This document shows, one piece after another, positions 37,993 through 50,428 of a DNA stretch of 64,000 nucleotides (positions are counted from its first letter, which is position 1; each line of letters begins with the position of its first letter). The notes under the pieces were generated by a model, which was not told the origin of the DNA, ran no database searches, and saw only the letters and a program-made list of their open reading frames with translations. Source of the stretch: Scyliorhinus canicula (taxonomy: Eukaryota). The stretch covers positions 33,459,990 to 33,523,989 of the forward strand of contig NC_052158.1 of the NCBI RefSeq assembly GCF_902713615.1. The letters run 5' to 3'. A program made the translations under genes and the position numbers.

Positions 37993-39979
37993 ACATTCGT
38001 CATGTCTCAACTGCAGATGACACTCTAACGGAGGATGGGACAATTCACACATCGCAAGATGGGGAAGAATTCATAATTCTGAAAGTATATTGGATGGCTT
38101 ATCACATCCTTTGTTCATTGCAATATTGCAGCAGTTGCCATGCTGACCAGTTCAACTGGATGTTCTTCCATTCCAGACAATTTCCCCAAGATCCTGCATC
38201 GATGTGGGGAGCCAATTCCTGTAATCTGGCTAACTTTAGGTGTCAGGTGTGCTTGACGAGGAGAGGAGTGGACATTATAGCATACACCTGACACAAATTT
38301 GAGGCATGATTAAGTATATGTTGTGACGATAAAGGCCTTGGGTTAGAACGGGTTAAATGAAGCTGTTTGTTCAGTGTTCGGAACCGATATTAGTCCCCAT
38401 GGAACTGAACTGTCTCACTGGAGGATCCCCTCTACTATTAATGTAAGACACCTTTCCATGTGTTATATCACTTAGAGTCTGCGGGAGCACCGCATTTGGC
38501 ATGAATACTGATAAGTGGCTCCACGGGAATGGACCAATGGAAGAAAATTATCTTTGCCATTGTCTTAGAGAGTATTTACTATCCTCTTCTTGCTGCGATT
38601 GGCATTCCACGTAAGTCTCTAAATACAGGCATTAATTGGATAACTGTAACCAACTGCATTTCTGCCTCATCATTTTAAGGCAATAGATCCAGCCATTATA
38701 ATGAAGCTATTTCGTTAAGCTTTTGATTTCAGTTGATTTGATTAGGTTTCAGCAGTCCATTCATTTTGTCTCAACGTTTCACATATCGTCACTGCTATCA
38801 CTTCTGCCACCAGATGTATTTTTCTGGATTGAATTAACTGCAGTTTCCAACACTGTTTAGGAATGAGAAATCCGATTCTTCTAGACAAATTTAAATATGC
38901 AGTAATGGAACATATCTGTGCATGTAGGAAATAGAGATACGCTTTGTGTCCCAATGACTCATGGTCAAGCTTCAGTCATCTACTTCATTCTCTGTCTTCA
39001 TTGATTTCCTGTAAAACTGCTAACCTTTATGTTTTATTTCAAACCAACATTATTTTTCATGTTATGTTTGGTTTTATTGAATATTAGTTACTGTCTCCTG
39101 TAGATAACACTACCACGGATAAAATTCAACAAATTATGTTGCTTACTACAGCGATGGGACTGCGTCAGACCCGTGGATACCATTCTATTGGGTATAAATC
39201 CCTGAATACTTAACTGTGCATATTTATTGTTGTCTAAAATATTTGTTGTAACCCTCGACCCCTTTTAATGGAACATGAATTTATTTCCAACAGTCTTTCT
39301 ATCTACTTAATTAAAGTGCTGTTCCGCATTTGTTACTTCATCCTAACTATTAATCTCTAGTTAACATAGGACATAGAACAGTACAGCACAGAACAGGCCC
39401 TTCGGCCCTCGATGTTGTGCCGAGCCATGATCACCCTACTCAAACGCACGTATCCACTCTATACCCGTAACCCAACAACCCCCCCCCCCCCGCCTCCATG
39501 CTACCGTGCTGCCCAAATGTTTGTGATTATTGAATGGTAATCACTGGCCCCAGCATAAAGCACAGTCACAGGTACAGTTGAATGTTAATCTCAAATGCAC
39601 AGCCCTGCATCAGTCAAGGATGATGGGAATACAGTTGGTGAAATGAGAAGAAATCTTGTTTTTTCTATTCATTCAGCGGGTATGCACTTATTACCTATTA
39701 CAAATTGTGAAGCAGGATGTTTACTAAATTCTTGAACCGCCACAGTGCATGTTCTGTAGGTACAGGCACAATGATATCTTAATGTCTGTGCGTTCTGCTG
39801 GGGCCAGTGACTACCATTCAATAATCACAATCATTATTCCCATGCATTTGCTCTACTTATCGTTTTCCATGATATATCAACTGCACATTTTTGAAATATT
39901 TATATTTAAGATTACATTTTTAAATTTATGAATGGGACGTGGGCACTAATGCTTTGTCCAGCATGGATTTATGATCCCC

Positions 39980-40256
39980 TGGGCGACACAGTGGCACAGT
40001 AGTTAGCACTGCTGCTTCACTGTGCAAGGGACCAGAGTTTGATGACTGCCTGTGTGGAGTTTATACGTTATCTCTGTGAAAATATTGGTTCCCTCCAGAT
40101 GCTTACTCCTACAGTCGAAACATCTGCAAGTTAGTTGGATTGGCCATGCCAAAGTGCACCTCATATTGGTGTTGCAGGTAGGGTCGTCTGTCAAACGATC
40201 GATGCAGACTCGATGGACCAAATGGCCTCCTTCTGCACTGTAGTGATTCTATTATT
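39980..40256 (+). mobile_element. Old HE1-like SINE
   Basis: gggcgacacagtggcacagtagttagc..gatggaccaaatggcctccttctgcactgtag. Confidence 0.8.
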
Positions 40257-41147
40257 CTAATTGGTATTTACGTGAACGGATCCCTAGACTATTCAGAGTG
40301 TGTTCAAATATCAAGAAAATTGTTTTTGGACAGCAGTCACATAGCTCAGGCCAGCTAAGGGCAGAATATTTCCTTCCATTAACGGACATTAGTTAACCAG
40401 ATGGGTTATAAAGACAATCCACAATGGGTTAATGGTGATCATTCGATGTTTATCCCAGAAATGTGTTGAATTTAAATTACACCTTCTGCTGTGGTAGCAT
40501 TCGAGGATATTTGTGCTCTCTATGTTATTAATGCAGTGACAATATCACTAAGCCAGCACGTCTGTATCTTCAACACGTTTTTACTTGACAAAAGGAGCAG
40601 ATTCTGGAAAGTCAATGTCTGCCTCAAGTGCCACTCATGTGCTTCTCTCTTGCGATTGTTGCGCTTTTTCCACTGCTGATGCCACTTTTTGCACGGCTGG
40701 CACCTACTTTCGTGCGTCAAAAATGTTCATGACTTGATGGCAAAGTCCTGACCACAGCCAGTGTCACCATTTGCACTAATGCTCGGCCAGAGATTCCGTC
40801 TTTCGGACTTGGATGTTGAGGGCTACTATGTTTCTTTTGACAGTTTCCTTCGAACGGAAATACATGTGTCATCTTGGCATCCGCTTGCTCTCCATATAGT
40901 ATACCTATGTGGATGCGGCGTTCTACTAATATGTGCACATGCAAAAGCCTCTATGTATTGTCCGTTGTATGATTAGTTCTAGCATGCGTCTGATGCCTGG
41001 ACCAGGAAGTGCTTTATTAATTTTGTTTTGTAATGTGATGCCAAGGATGTGGCCTAGACCTGGGATATGAATATATTGAGCCTTTGCCATGGTTCGCAGT
41101 GCCATGGCAATGACACACAGATCAAAGCCGTGTGAGCGAACCATTTT

Positions 41148-42935
41148 AGAAACATGGAAACATATAACAATACAGCACAGAACAGGCCCTTCTGCTCACG
41201 ATGTTGTGCATAACCTTTGTCCTAGATTAGGAACAAATTATCAACACCCCATCATTCTCGCATAATCCATTTACCTATCCAATAGCCGCTTGAAGATCCC
41301 TAATGTTTCTGACTCAACTACTTCCACAGGCAATGCATTCCATGCCCCCACTACTCTCTGGGTAAAGAAATTACCTCTAACAGCCCCCTTATACCTTACA
41401 CCATTCATCTTAAATTTATGTCCCCTTGTAATGGTTTGTTACACCCGGGGAAAAAGTCTCTGACTCTCTACTCTATCTATTCTCCTCATCAGCTTATAAA
41501 CCTATATCAAGTCGCCTCTCATCCTTCTCCGTTCGAATGAGAAAAGGACTGGCACCCTCAACCTTTCCTCATAAGATGTACTCTGCATTCCCGGCAACAT
41601 CCTGGTAAATCTCCTTTGCACCTTTTCTAAAGCTTCCACATCCTTCCAAAAATGAGGCGACCAGAATTGCACACGGTATTCCAAACTTGGCCTTATTAAG
41701 GTTTTGTACAGCTGCATCATCACCTCACGGCTCTTAAATTCAATCCCTCTACTAATGATCGCGAGCACACCATAGGCCTTCTTCACAGCTCTATCCACTT
41801 GAGTGGCAACTTTCCAAGATCTATGAATATAGCCCCCAAGATCTCTCTGATCCTCCACGATGCCAAGAACCCTACCATTAACCCTGTGTTCCGCATTCAT
41901 ATCTGTCCTTCCAAAATGGACATCATCACACTTTTCAGACTTTCAAACTCCATCTGCCACTTCTCAGCCCAGCTCTGCATCCTATCTATGTCTCTTTGCA
42001 GCCGACAACAGCCCTCCTCACTATCCACAACTGCACCAATCTTCGTATCGTCTGCAAATTTACTGACCCACTCTTCAACTCCCACATCTAAGTCGTTAAT
42101 GAAAATTACAAACAGCAGAGGACCCAGAACTGATCCCTGCAGTATGCCACTGGTAACGGCTCCAGGCTGAATATTTGCATTCCACCACCACTCTCTGACT
42201 TCTATCGGTCAGCCAGTTCGGTATCCAACTGGCCAAATTTCCCACTATCCCATTCCTCCTTATTTTTTGCATGAGCCTACCATGGGGAACCTTATCAAAT
42301 GACTTACTAAAATATATGTACACTACATCCACGACATTACCTTCATCCACATGCTTGGCCACATCCTCAAACAATTCAATAAGACTTGTGAGGCAAGACC
42401 TACCCCTCACAAATCCGTGCTGACTATCACTTATCAAGTAGTGTCTTTCCAGATGCTCAGAAATCCTATCCCTCAGTACCCTTTCCATTACTTTGCCTAC
42501 CACCGAAGTAAAACTAACTAGCCTGTAATTCCCAGGGTTATACCTATTCCCTTTTTTGAACAGAGGCGCGACATTCGCTACTCTCCAATCGCCGGGTAAC
42601 AGCCCTGTTGACAGTGAGGACGAAAAGATCGTTGCCAGCGGCTCTGCAATTTTGTCTCTTGCTTCCCATAGAATCCTTGGATTGATCCCATCAGGCCCAG
42701 GAGACTTGGCTATCCTCAATTTTTTCAAAATGCCCAACACATCTTCCTTCCTAACTAGTATCAGCTCGAGCTTACCAGTGTATTTCACACTGTCCTCTCC
42801 AACAATATGGCCCCTCTCATTCATAAATACTTAAGAAAAGTACTCGTTCAAGATCTCTCCTAGCTCTTCAGACTCAATACATAATCTCCCGCTACTGTCC
42901 TTGATCGGACCTACACTCACTCTAGTCATTCTCAT
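41148..42935 (-). mobile_element. CR1 LINE RT plus 3' tail, in the intron of copy C
   Basis: KSPGPDGINPRIL..QHGFVRGRSCLTSL..SKFADDTK..ERRRMRGDLI; same subfamily as 61697-63195. Confidence 0.95.
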
Positions 42936-43156
42936 ATCTCGTCATTTTGACCCTGTCTGTTAGTTTGCTTCATGACTCTTTTGTCAGTCGACAAAAGTTA
43001 TTTTTCTTTCTTTTTCAATGCTTCTGCCAAACTAGCATGTTTGCTGTCACCTTTAGTCGAATAAAGCTGAACTTGCTGCTAATTTGAAGAGTTGGGATTT
43101 GAATTTCAGAGTTGTGAGTTGAAGACAAAAAACTTTGTCCCACAGCTACATATATT

Positions 43157-43883
43157 GGGCGCGATACTCCACTGCCCACGACGGGTCGGAGAATAGCGGG
43201 AGGGCCATCCCGACATTTTACCCGCCCTCCCGCTATTCTGCCCCCCTCCCCCACGGACGCCCCATGAAACGAATCGCTGCTCGCCGTTTTTTAAGGCGAA
43301 CAGCGATTCTCCCCAGGCTGATGGGCCGAGGTCCCAGGCCTTTACAGCCATTTTCACGAACGCAATCACACCTGTTCTCGCCGTTCTTGAAAACAGCCGC
43401 AAAGTGCCGACCCGGACAACCATGGCACCGATTGGCATGGCCGCACCACAGCCGTGCCAAGGGTGACATGGGCCTGCGATCAGTGGGCACCGATCGCGGG
43501 CAGCGGGTCCTATACCCCCACACTATTTGTTCCTCTGCCGCCCCGCAGGATCAGTCCGCGGGGCGGCTGAGGGGCATGACGGCCCGCACATGCACGGGTT
43601 TGACGCATCTGCGTGATGACGTCATCTGCGCATGCGCCTGTTGGAGCCGTCCAACACGCGCATGCGCATCTGATGTCATCGTGCGCATCAGCCGCCGTGA
43701 CGCTTGGCGCGCGGGCTTAGCGATGGTTGCTAAGCCCTCGATGCCATGCTTCACGGGGCCGTGATGCTATCCCCGCCCAGGGGGGAGAATCGGGTCCCGG
43801 GTGGGGACGCGGAGGCTGCCGTGAAACACGGGCAGTTTCGCGGCAGCCTTTACGACTCGCCGCAATTCACGCGAATCGCGCCC
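43157..43883 (+). mobile_element. GC-rich non-autonomous Harbinger-type element A
   Basis: TIRs GGGCGCGAT(A/T)C..GAATCGCGCCC; 3-bp TSD ATT at 43154-43156 and 43884-43886; non-coding and internally palindromic. Confidence 0.85.
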
Positions 43884-43894
43884 ATTGTGACACT

Positions 43895-44604
43895 GGGAGT
43901 GATTCTCCGCTGCCCACGACAGGTCGGAAAATAGCGGCAGAGCGTTCCCGACATTTTTGACGCCCTCCCGTTATTCTCCCCCCCCCCCCCAGACCCCCCT
44001 CCCGCAACGGCCGCCCAACGACACGAATCGCTGCTCGCCGTTTTTTACGATGAACAACGATTCTCCCCAGGCGATGGGCCGAGTTCCCAGGTCTTTACGG
44101 CCGTTTTTACGGCAGCAAACACACCTGCTTGCTGCCGTCGTAAAAACGGCCTCAACATGCTCGTTCTGAGCATCCAGGGTCCCGATTGGCACGGCAGTAC
44201 CACGGCCGTGCCAAGGGGGGCATGGGCCCGCGAACGGTGCCCACCGATCGCGGGCAGTGCGTCCATAACAGACGCACTCTTTCTCCCTCCGCCGCCCCGC
44301 AGGATCAGCGGCCGAGGGAGATGACGGCCCCGCGCATGCGCGGGTTGGAGCCGTCCAATCTGCGCATGCATGGCTGATGTCATTGTTCACGTCAGCAGGC
44401 GTGATGCTTGGCGCGCGGACGTAGCGATGGTCGCTAAGCCCGCTATGCCGTGCTTTACGGGGCCCCGCTGCTAGCCCCGCCCGGGGTGGGGGGCGGGGGG
44501 GGGGAGAGAATCGGGTCCCGGGAGGGTGCGCGGAGGCTGCCATGAAACACGGCCAGTTTCACGGCAGCCTTTACGACTCACCGCATTTGTGGAGAATCGC
44601 GCCA
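43895..44604 (+). mobile_element. GC-rich non-autonomous Harbinger-type element B, in tandem with A
   Basis: GGGAGTGATTCTCC..GGAGAATCGCGCC; colinear with A; TSD not preserved. Confidence 0.8.
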
Positions 44605-44609
44605 TAAGT

Positions 44610-45070
44610 CTGAACATGGTGTGGATGATGTATGAGTCGTTGAAGCTGATTGGTTGCCCGTGTTGCCAGTGCAGCATCTTCCGCATGCATACGTTATCTG
44701 ATCAGGGCATGCCGCGTTTTTGTGTTGAACTTCAGTCTTGGTAGGTTTAGGAGATTCCCGTGCGATCTTATGTGGGGGTATATTTCGATGATGGCACAAA
44801 AGGCATAGGATGTGTGGGACGGTCAAAAGTCACCACAGCACAAATAATACCATATATCACCAAATGTTTTCTTGTATTTTGGATGAAAAAGAACATGACG
44901 AAGCAGAGCACAGAGGAATCATGGACCTTTGAACCCTGTCTTCTGTTGGTACATCTAATGCAACATCACCAGCATACAGAATGTTACACATCAGAATAGC
45001 CACAGTATTGCCAGGCCTTTCAGACCTAATAGTTTCACGAATTTCCGAACCAATCATTTGTGGATTCATT
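44610..45070 (-). mobile_element. RTE-clade RT fragment
   Basis: ILYAGDVALDVPTEDRVQRSM resembles LLYADDAAL.A.TE..LQRLM. Confidence 0.65.
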
Positions 45071-46309
45071 ACTTATGAAACAGAAAAAAATAGGTCAATA
45101 GGGCAGAGAAGAAAACCCGGATAGAAACAGTTCAACATATTACCGGATGTTGGCAAATATGTTCATATCTCAAACAGTGTAGAGTGAAATTGTTAACTTT
45201 GCGTCAAACACGATTTGTAATTTCCTTCTTTGTATCTCTTTATCATAGCTAACATAGTGACAATTGTGATCCTGTCTCTGGGAAAGTGTAGTATTTCCAA
45301 ATGCGTTACACATTATCTGGTGGCCATGGAAGCGGTGGATCTATTGTTTATTATTATCGACATGATAATAAGACACATCACAATTGTTGATGAGAATAAT
45401 TTTCTTTTTGTGCACGTCATCTCTACGTGTAATATTCAATTCGTTCTGCTGTACATAGCCAAAGACTGTTCTGTCTGGTTTATCGTCACTTTCACGTTTG
45501 ATCGATTTCTAGCAATTTGTTGTAAGAAGCTGAAAATTGGATATTGCACTGAGAAAACTGCAACAGTGGCTCTTGGAACAGTGACAGCCCTGAGCTGTTT
45601 AAAAGCTATCACGTCGTTCTTTATGCTAACCGATCGATTTTGGCTGTGGATCGCGCCCTGGCTTTGTTCTGTACCAAGCAATCTAACAGAAACACGATTC
45701 TGGTCAGTCGTCAAGTTGCTACACTACATTATCAACTTGGCAGTCCCATTTGTACTGATTCCACTGATCAATGTTTTCACAGTTAGACATATATTATTGT
45801 CAAGCAGACGGCACAGGAGATTCCATTTTTGCTGAAATTGGGAGAGTCCTAGAGATCCAGAGATGAAGAGTCGAACGAAATCCATCATTATATTCTTTCT
45901 TGTGTCTCGGAATTTTATCTTCTTATGGTCAATTCCATATGGGTTCGAATTTGGTTCTTAGGCGGTGAGTCTGTATTGATGCCTTACGTTGTGCAGGAAA
46001 TTTGTTTCATGTTGCAGCTCCTGCGTTGTTGCATGCATATTTGTATCCATGCCGTGGCTCAGAATATGTTCCGACTGACAGTCGTTAAAATATGCAATGA
46101 AAACCTTGTTCACTCAAATTTTGAAACTCATTAAATAATTGATGGAAACAGAGGAGTTAGCGTATTTTCATGAATTATAGTATAATTTTTGATCAAGTAA
46201 CTCTGCCCCAATTCGGAGAGATCTGTGTGTGTGCATGAGTGTGTGTGGTGCGGGTTTGTTGTCCCCTCTCCCCCCCCCCCCCCCCCGCCTCCCCGCCAAC
46301 CCACAGCAA

Positions 46310-47130
46310 GTGAAATCCATTTGAAGGATCAATTAGAAATACTCAACACAGGGTAGCAAGGAATTACAAGAGGACAGTTAAAACCTTGCAGTGTAGACAA
46401 ATTATTTTCAAACAGAACAGTTAAATTGGACATGGTACAAATTGGTAGTAGAACTCACCAGTTGCCTGAAAGTACCCAGTCCATGTAGAATCGAGGAACG
46501 AAAGGACGTTGAGACACTATCACAATTATGATCACATTGCTTTTGACAAAGAGATACAAAGAGGGAAATTATATCGCAGGCTGGGAGGAAACTTATCAGT
46601 TTTAAACTGCAGTTATTGGGATATGAAGGGGTTCCTGTGATGCAAAGAAGCACATCAAGAACTGTTGCCCCATTGTTTAGCAGGGCCATAAAAAGGCAAA
46701 TCACGCACTGGGCTTTGTTTCTTGGGAAGTCAACAGAAAATCAGAGAGGTTATTTTAAACCTGTATAGAAAGTTGTTTAGATTCCAATAGAGCACAACTT
46801 CCAATTATCGCTGTCTTATAACAACAGAGAAGAGATAGTGGAATTGGAGAGTCACTGGAGAACATTTACGTTCATATTACCAGATATGTGTGGCTGTGCA
46901 TAGAACGAATGGATTAACTAACTCTTTTTTTCCCCTGAAGATCAAAAGCTTGCATTGCGGCCTAGGAGAAACGTTACAATGCTCCAATGTTTTAATTGAG
47001 TAGATACGTCACGAAGATCATTTTTAATTTCGTGGGGAGCGTCATATTTACAGGGCATCGACGTTAGAGTCAAGAAACAAAAATTCAGAATAATGTGGGA
47101 TTCGTTGCTGCGAATTGAAGTGAGTAATAT
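46310..47130 (+). mobile_element. Very old CR1 3' remnant
   Basis: Blocks such as gaggttattttaaacctgtatagaa..ttggttag and gagaacatttac resemble the CR1 C-terminus. Confidence 0.5.
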
Positions 47131-47193
47131 AATTGTACTATCCACAAAATGTACTGGAGGATCATTCCAAGTGGCATGATCTTCCAAACCCAT

Positions 47194-48152
47194 GGCGCCG
47201 CATTCTCCGTCGCTCGACACACGTTTTCTGGTGGGGCGCACCACTGTTGGTGTCGGGACCCTCCGTCCCGCCAGACGGCCAATGCGGGGGGGTGATTCTC
47301 CGCACTCACGACGGTGCGGAGAATAGCGGGGGTCGTAAATTTTTATGGCCACGCTAGTCTGACGCCCTCCCGCTATTCTCCGCCCCCCCACGCCCGCCTC
47401 CCGACACGAATCGCTTTTTTAAGGCGAATCGTTTTTTTACGGCGAGCAGCGATTCTCAGCTGGCCGATGGGCCGAAGTCCAAGCCCTTTACGACCGTTTT
47501 TAGGACCGTCAAACACACCTGGTCTGACTGTTCGTAAAAACGGCCGTAAAGTTGGGATCTGGGGAACCATGGCACCGATTGGCATGGCAGTACCATGGCC
47601 GTGCAAAGGGTGCCTTGGGCCCGCGATCGGTGCCCACCGATCGCGGGCAGCAGGTACTTACCCCGCGCACTCTTTGTCCTTCCGCCGCCCCGCTGTATCC
47701 ATTCGCGAGGCGGCTGAGGGGCATCCCGGCCCGCGCATGCGCGGGTTTTGCGCTAATGCAAATCCGCGATGACGTCATCCGCGCATGCGCGGGTTGGAGT
47801 CTTCCAATCCGCACATGCGCGGTTGACGTCATGTGACGCGTCAGCCGTCGCAAACTCTGGCAAGCGGGCTTAACGAAATTCGTCAAGCCCGACATGCCGG
47901 AGTTCATGGCCGCGGCATGCTAGCCCCGACCAGGGACCAGAATCGGTTCCCGGTCGGGGGGGGGGGGGGGGGGGGGGGGGGCGGAGGCTGGCGTCAAACC
48001 CGCCCGTTTTTGACGCCAGCCTCACGATTTCTCCAGGTTTCGGAGAATCACGCCCGCGGTTTCCCATTGTGGGCAGCGCCACAATGGTCGGGAAATGTCC
48101 TGGCGTGGGTACACTGCCTGGGCAATGGAAATTGCCGAGAGCGCAGAATTAT
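47194..48152 (+). mobile_element. Short MITE split by element C
   Basis: gccaatgcg|..|gcggtttcccattgtgg rejoins across element C; related to 60030-60210. Confidence 0.6.
47287..48055 (+). mobile_element. GC-rich non-autonomous Harbinger-type element C
   Basis: GGGGGTGATTCTCC..GGAGAATCACGCCC, flanked by GCG (47284-47286 and 48056-48058); same family as A and B. Confidence 0.85.
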
Positions 48153-48259
48153 CTTTTTGACTGAGAAAAGGTGAGAAAAGACTGTGAAGGACGCGAGCAG
48201 CAGCCTCATGCGAGCCCCATCGCCTGCGAGGTCCCCTCAGTAACTCTTAAAAATATATC

Positions 48260-48467
48260 GGCTAGAATTTCCCGGCTGTACAAATTCACTGTTACTGCCG
48301 TTAGTGCCCCCCCCCCCCGTCCCCCGTCTTCCCCCTCTCCACCACCGCGGTTTTCTCAAGACGTGGGATTACCTCAATGGGAAATCAGCAGCGGGAAGAG
48401 AGACTCCCGCCGCCATTGAAAGGCGATCTGCGAGAAACACGCAGCCCGGGCCTGGAGAATTCTGTCC
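48260..48467. mobile_element. Short MITE-like element
   Basis: Imperfect TIR ggctagaatttccc..ggagaattctgtcc with a caatgggaaat core; similar element at 63776-63987. Confidence 0.5.
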
Positions 48468-48654
48468 GTCGCCTTTGCTGGAGAAACAGGTCAGTGACCT
48501 CGGGCTGCACACTGGTGTTAACTGTCTCCCATGCAGGTATTTATGATATTTCTCACACGAAATACAACAGGCAGCGTTTCTTCCTCCAACTGTCAATAAA
48601 CCATTTCTGCCTTGACGAGTATTTCGAAACACGGCTATTGATTATACTAATATT

Positions 48655-48916
48655 TATAATAATATAATAATCCTCATTGTCACATTAACACTGCAATCAA
48701 TTTACCGTGAAAAGTCGCATGCGCCACTTTCCAGCCTATTTCGGGTACATGAGGGGGGATTCAGAATGTCCAAATTACCTAACAGTGCATCTTTCGAGAC
48801 TTGTGGGAGGAAACCGGAGCACCCGAGGAAACCCACGAAGATACAGGGAGGACATGCAGACTCCGCACAGACAGTGACCCAAGCCGGGAATCGAAACTGG
48901 GACCCTGGCGCTGTGA
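48655..48916 (-). mobile_element. HE1-head SINE with a third tail type
   Basis: HE1 body joined to cttttcacggtaa..ttgcagtgttaatgtgacaatgaggattattat, related to the tail of the 8514 family. Confidence 0.75.
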
Positions 48917-49669
48917 ACTCCATGCCTTCCTCTTTCAAAGGGACAGTATAGCTTATATGACAGCGGGAGAAGCGTGCCACGTCAACACTAGCACTCTAGC
49001 TGGGCTATAATGTACTGCCAGGGCACGATAACGGTGAAATTTCTTCGTTAATGCAAACGGTTGTTCTTGCAATGACCGTGGCCCCATGACAAAGGATGGT
49101 GATTTCTCCGCAACAGGTGAAGTAGAGCAAGCGCAGTAAACAGATTAGAGATGGCATGTCTGTGGTGATTTATCACCCGAAGAATTCTTAGTTCTGAATT
49201 TTTAATCGATTGAACCTTTTCTTATATCGTTGGCACCCCGAAGGCATCCACGCTGTGCCCCAGGTAGGTTCCCTCAGATGTTTGTGATGGGCATTTATCT
49301 CCCTTAAAACACTTCTACTTCCATAATTTGTTTCAAAACTCTTTTCGAGATTGGCTGAATTTTCAGCCTCATGTCAATCCAGTGACAATTACGCCATCAA
49401 ATTGCACGATCACACATGGAAGTCCCTGTAGGAGATTCTCCATAGTTTGCTGCAAAATATACGCATGGATGAAACTCCGAAAGGCATCTTGATGTACTGG
49501 TTGAGGCCTCTGTGAGCACTAATTGGCTATACTCTGTTTACGTGCTGTGCAGTTGCAAGTGGTGATATACATGACTCATGCTTAGATCACTGAATTGCTT
49601 GCCTGCTGCTAACTTGACATACACAGAATCGATTATGGGGATGGTATGTTTGTCTAATTTTGCTGCTAT

Positions 49670-50428
49670 GTTTGTACAGTGAATGGTAGAACCCCCAAGA
49701 TATTGATAGTCAGAGCGTTCTAGGTGTACAGGTATACAGGTCACTGAAGGGTCAACACATGTGGAGAAGGTTATCAAGAAGGCATACGGCATGCTTGCCT
49801 TCATTGGCTGGGGCATTGTGTATAAAAATTAACAAGTGATATTGCAGCTGTATAGAAACTTAGTTAGGCCACGCTTGGAGTACAGTGTTCAATTCTGGTT
49901 GCCACACTACCAGAAGGATATGGAGGCTTTAGACAGGGTGCAGAAGAGATTTACCAGGGTGTTGACTGGTATGAAGGGCATTAGCTATGAGGAGAAATTG
50001 AATGAACTCGGTTTGCTCTCACTGGAACGTCGGATGTTCAGGGGTGACCAATTAGAGATCTACAAAATTACGAGGGGCATAGACAGGGTGGATAGTAAGA
50101 GACTTTTTCCCAGGATAGAGAGGTGAATTACTCGGGGGGGGGGGCATAGCTTTAAGGTGTGAGGGGCGAGGTTTAAGGGAAATGTACGAGGCAGCTTTTT
50201 TTACACAGTTAGTGGGTATCTGAAAATCGCTGCCGGAGGACGTGGTGGAAGAAGGGACGATAGTGACTTTTGAAGGTCATCTTGACAAATACATGAATTG
50301 TATGGGAATAGAGCGATACGGACCCAGGAAGTGTAGAGGATTTTAGGTTAGACGGGCGACATGTTGGCACAGGTTGAAGGGCCTAAGGGCCTATTCCTGT
50401 GCTGTACATTTCTTTGTTCTTTGTTCTT
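49670..50428 (+). mobile_element. CR1 LINE 3' portion
   Basis: LVRPRLEYSVQFW..LERRMFRGD; tail tctttgttctttgttcttt. Confidence 0.92.

Larger units (their letters stand above)
38529..46138 (+). pseudogene. GPR139/GPR142-like GPCR pseudogene (copy C): exon 1 38529-38610, exon 2 45249-46138
   Basis: Exon 1 MDQWKKIIFAIVLESIYYPLLAAIGIP C|GTAAGT. Exon 2 follows a pyrimidine tract and AG (45247-45248) in matching phase: NIVTIVILS.GKC..YLVAM..DLL..SVWF.VTFTFDRFLAICC..YCTEKTA..VPF.LI..N..DPEMKSRTKSII. In-frame TGA at 45833-45835 and frameshifts near 45925 and 46078. Confidence 0.85.

Noticed and set aside
43106-44686. Many overlapping Arg/Pro/Gly-rich ORFs
   Set aside because: By-product of GC-rich palindromic transposon sequence.
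45833-45835. TGA as selenocysteine or readthrough codon
   Set aside because: Two downstream frameshifts and decayed TM7 motifs indicate a pseudogene.
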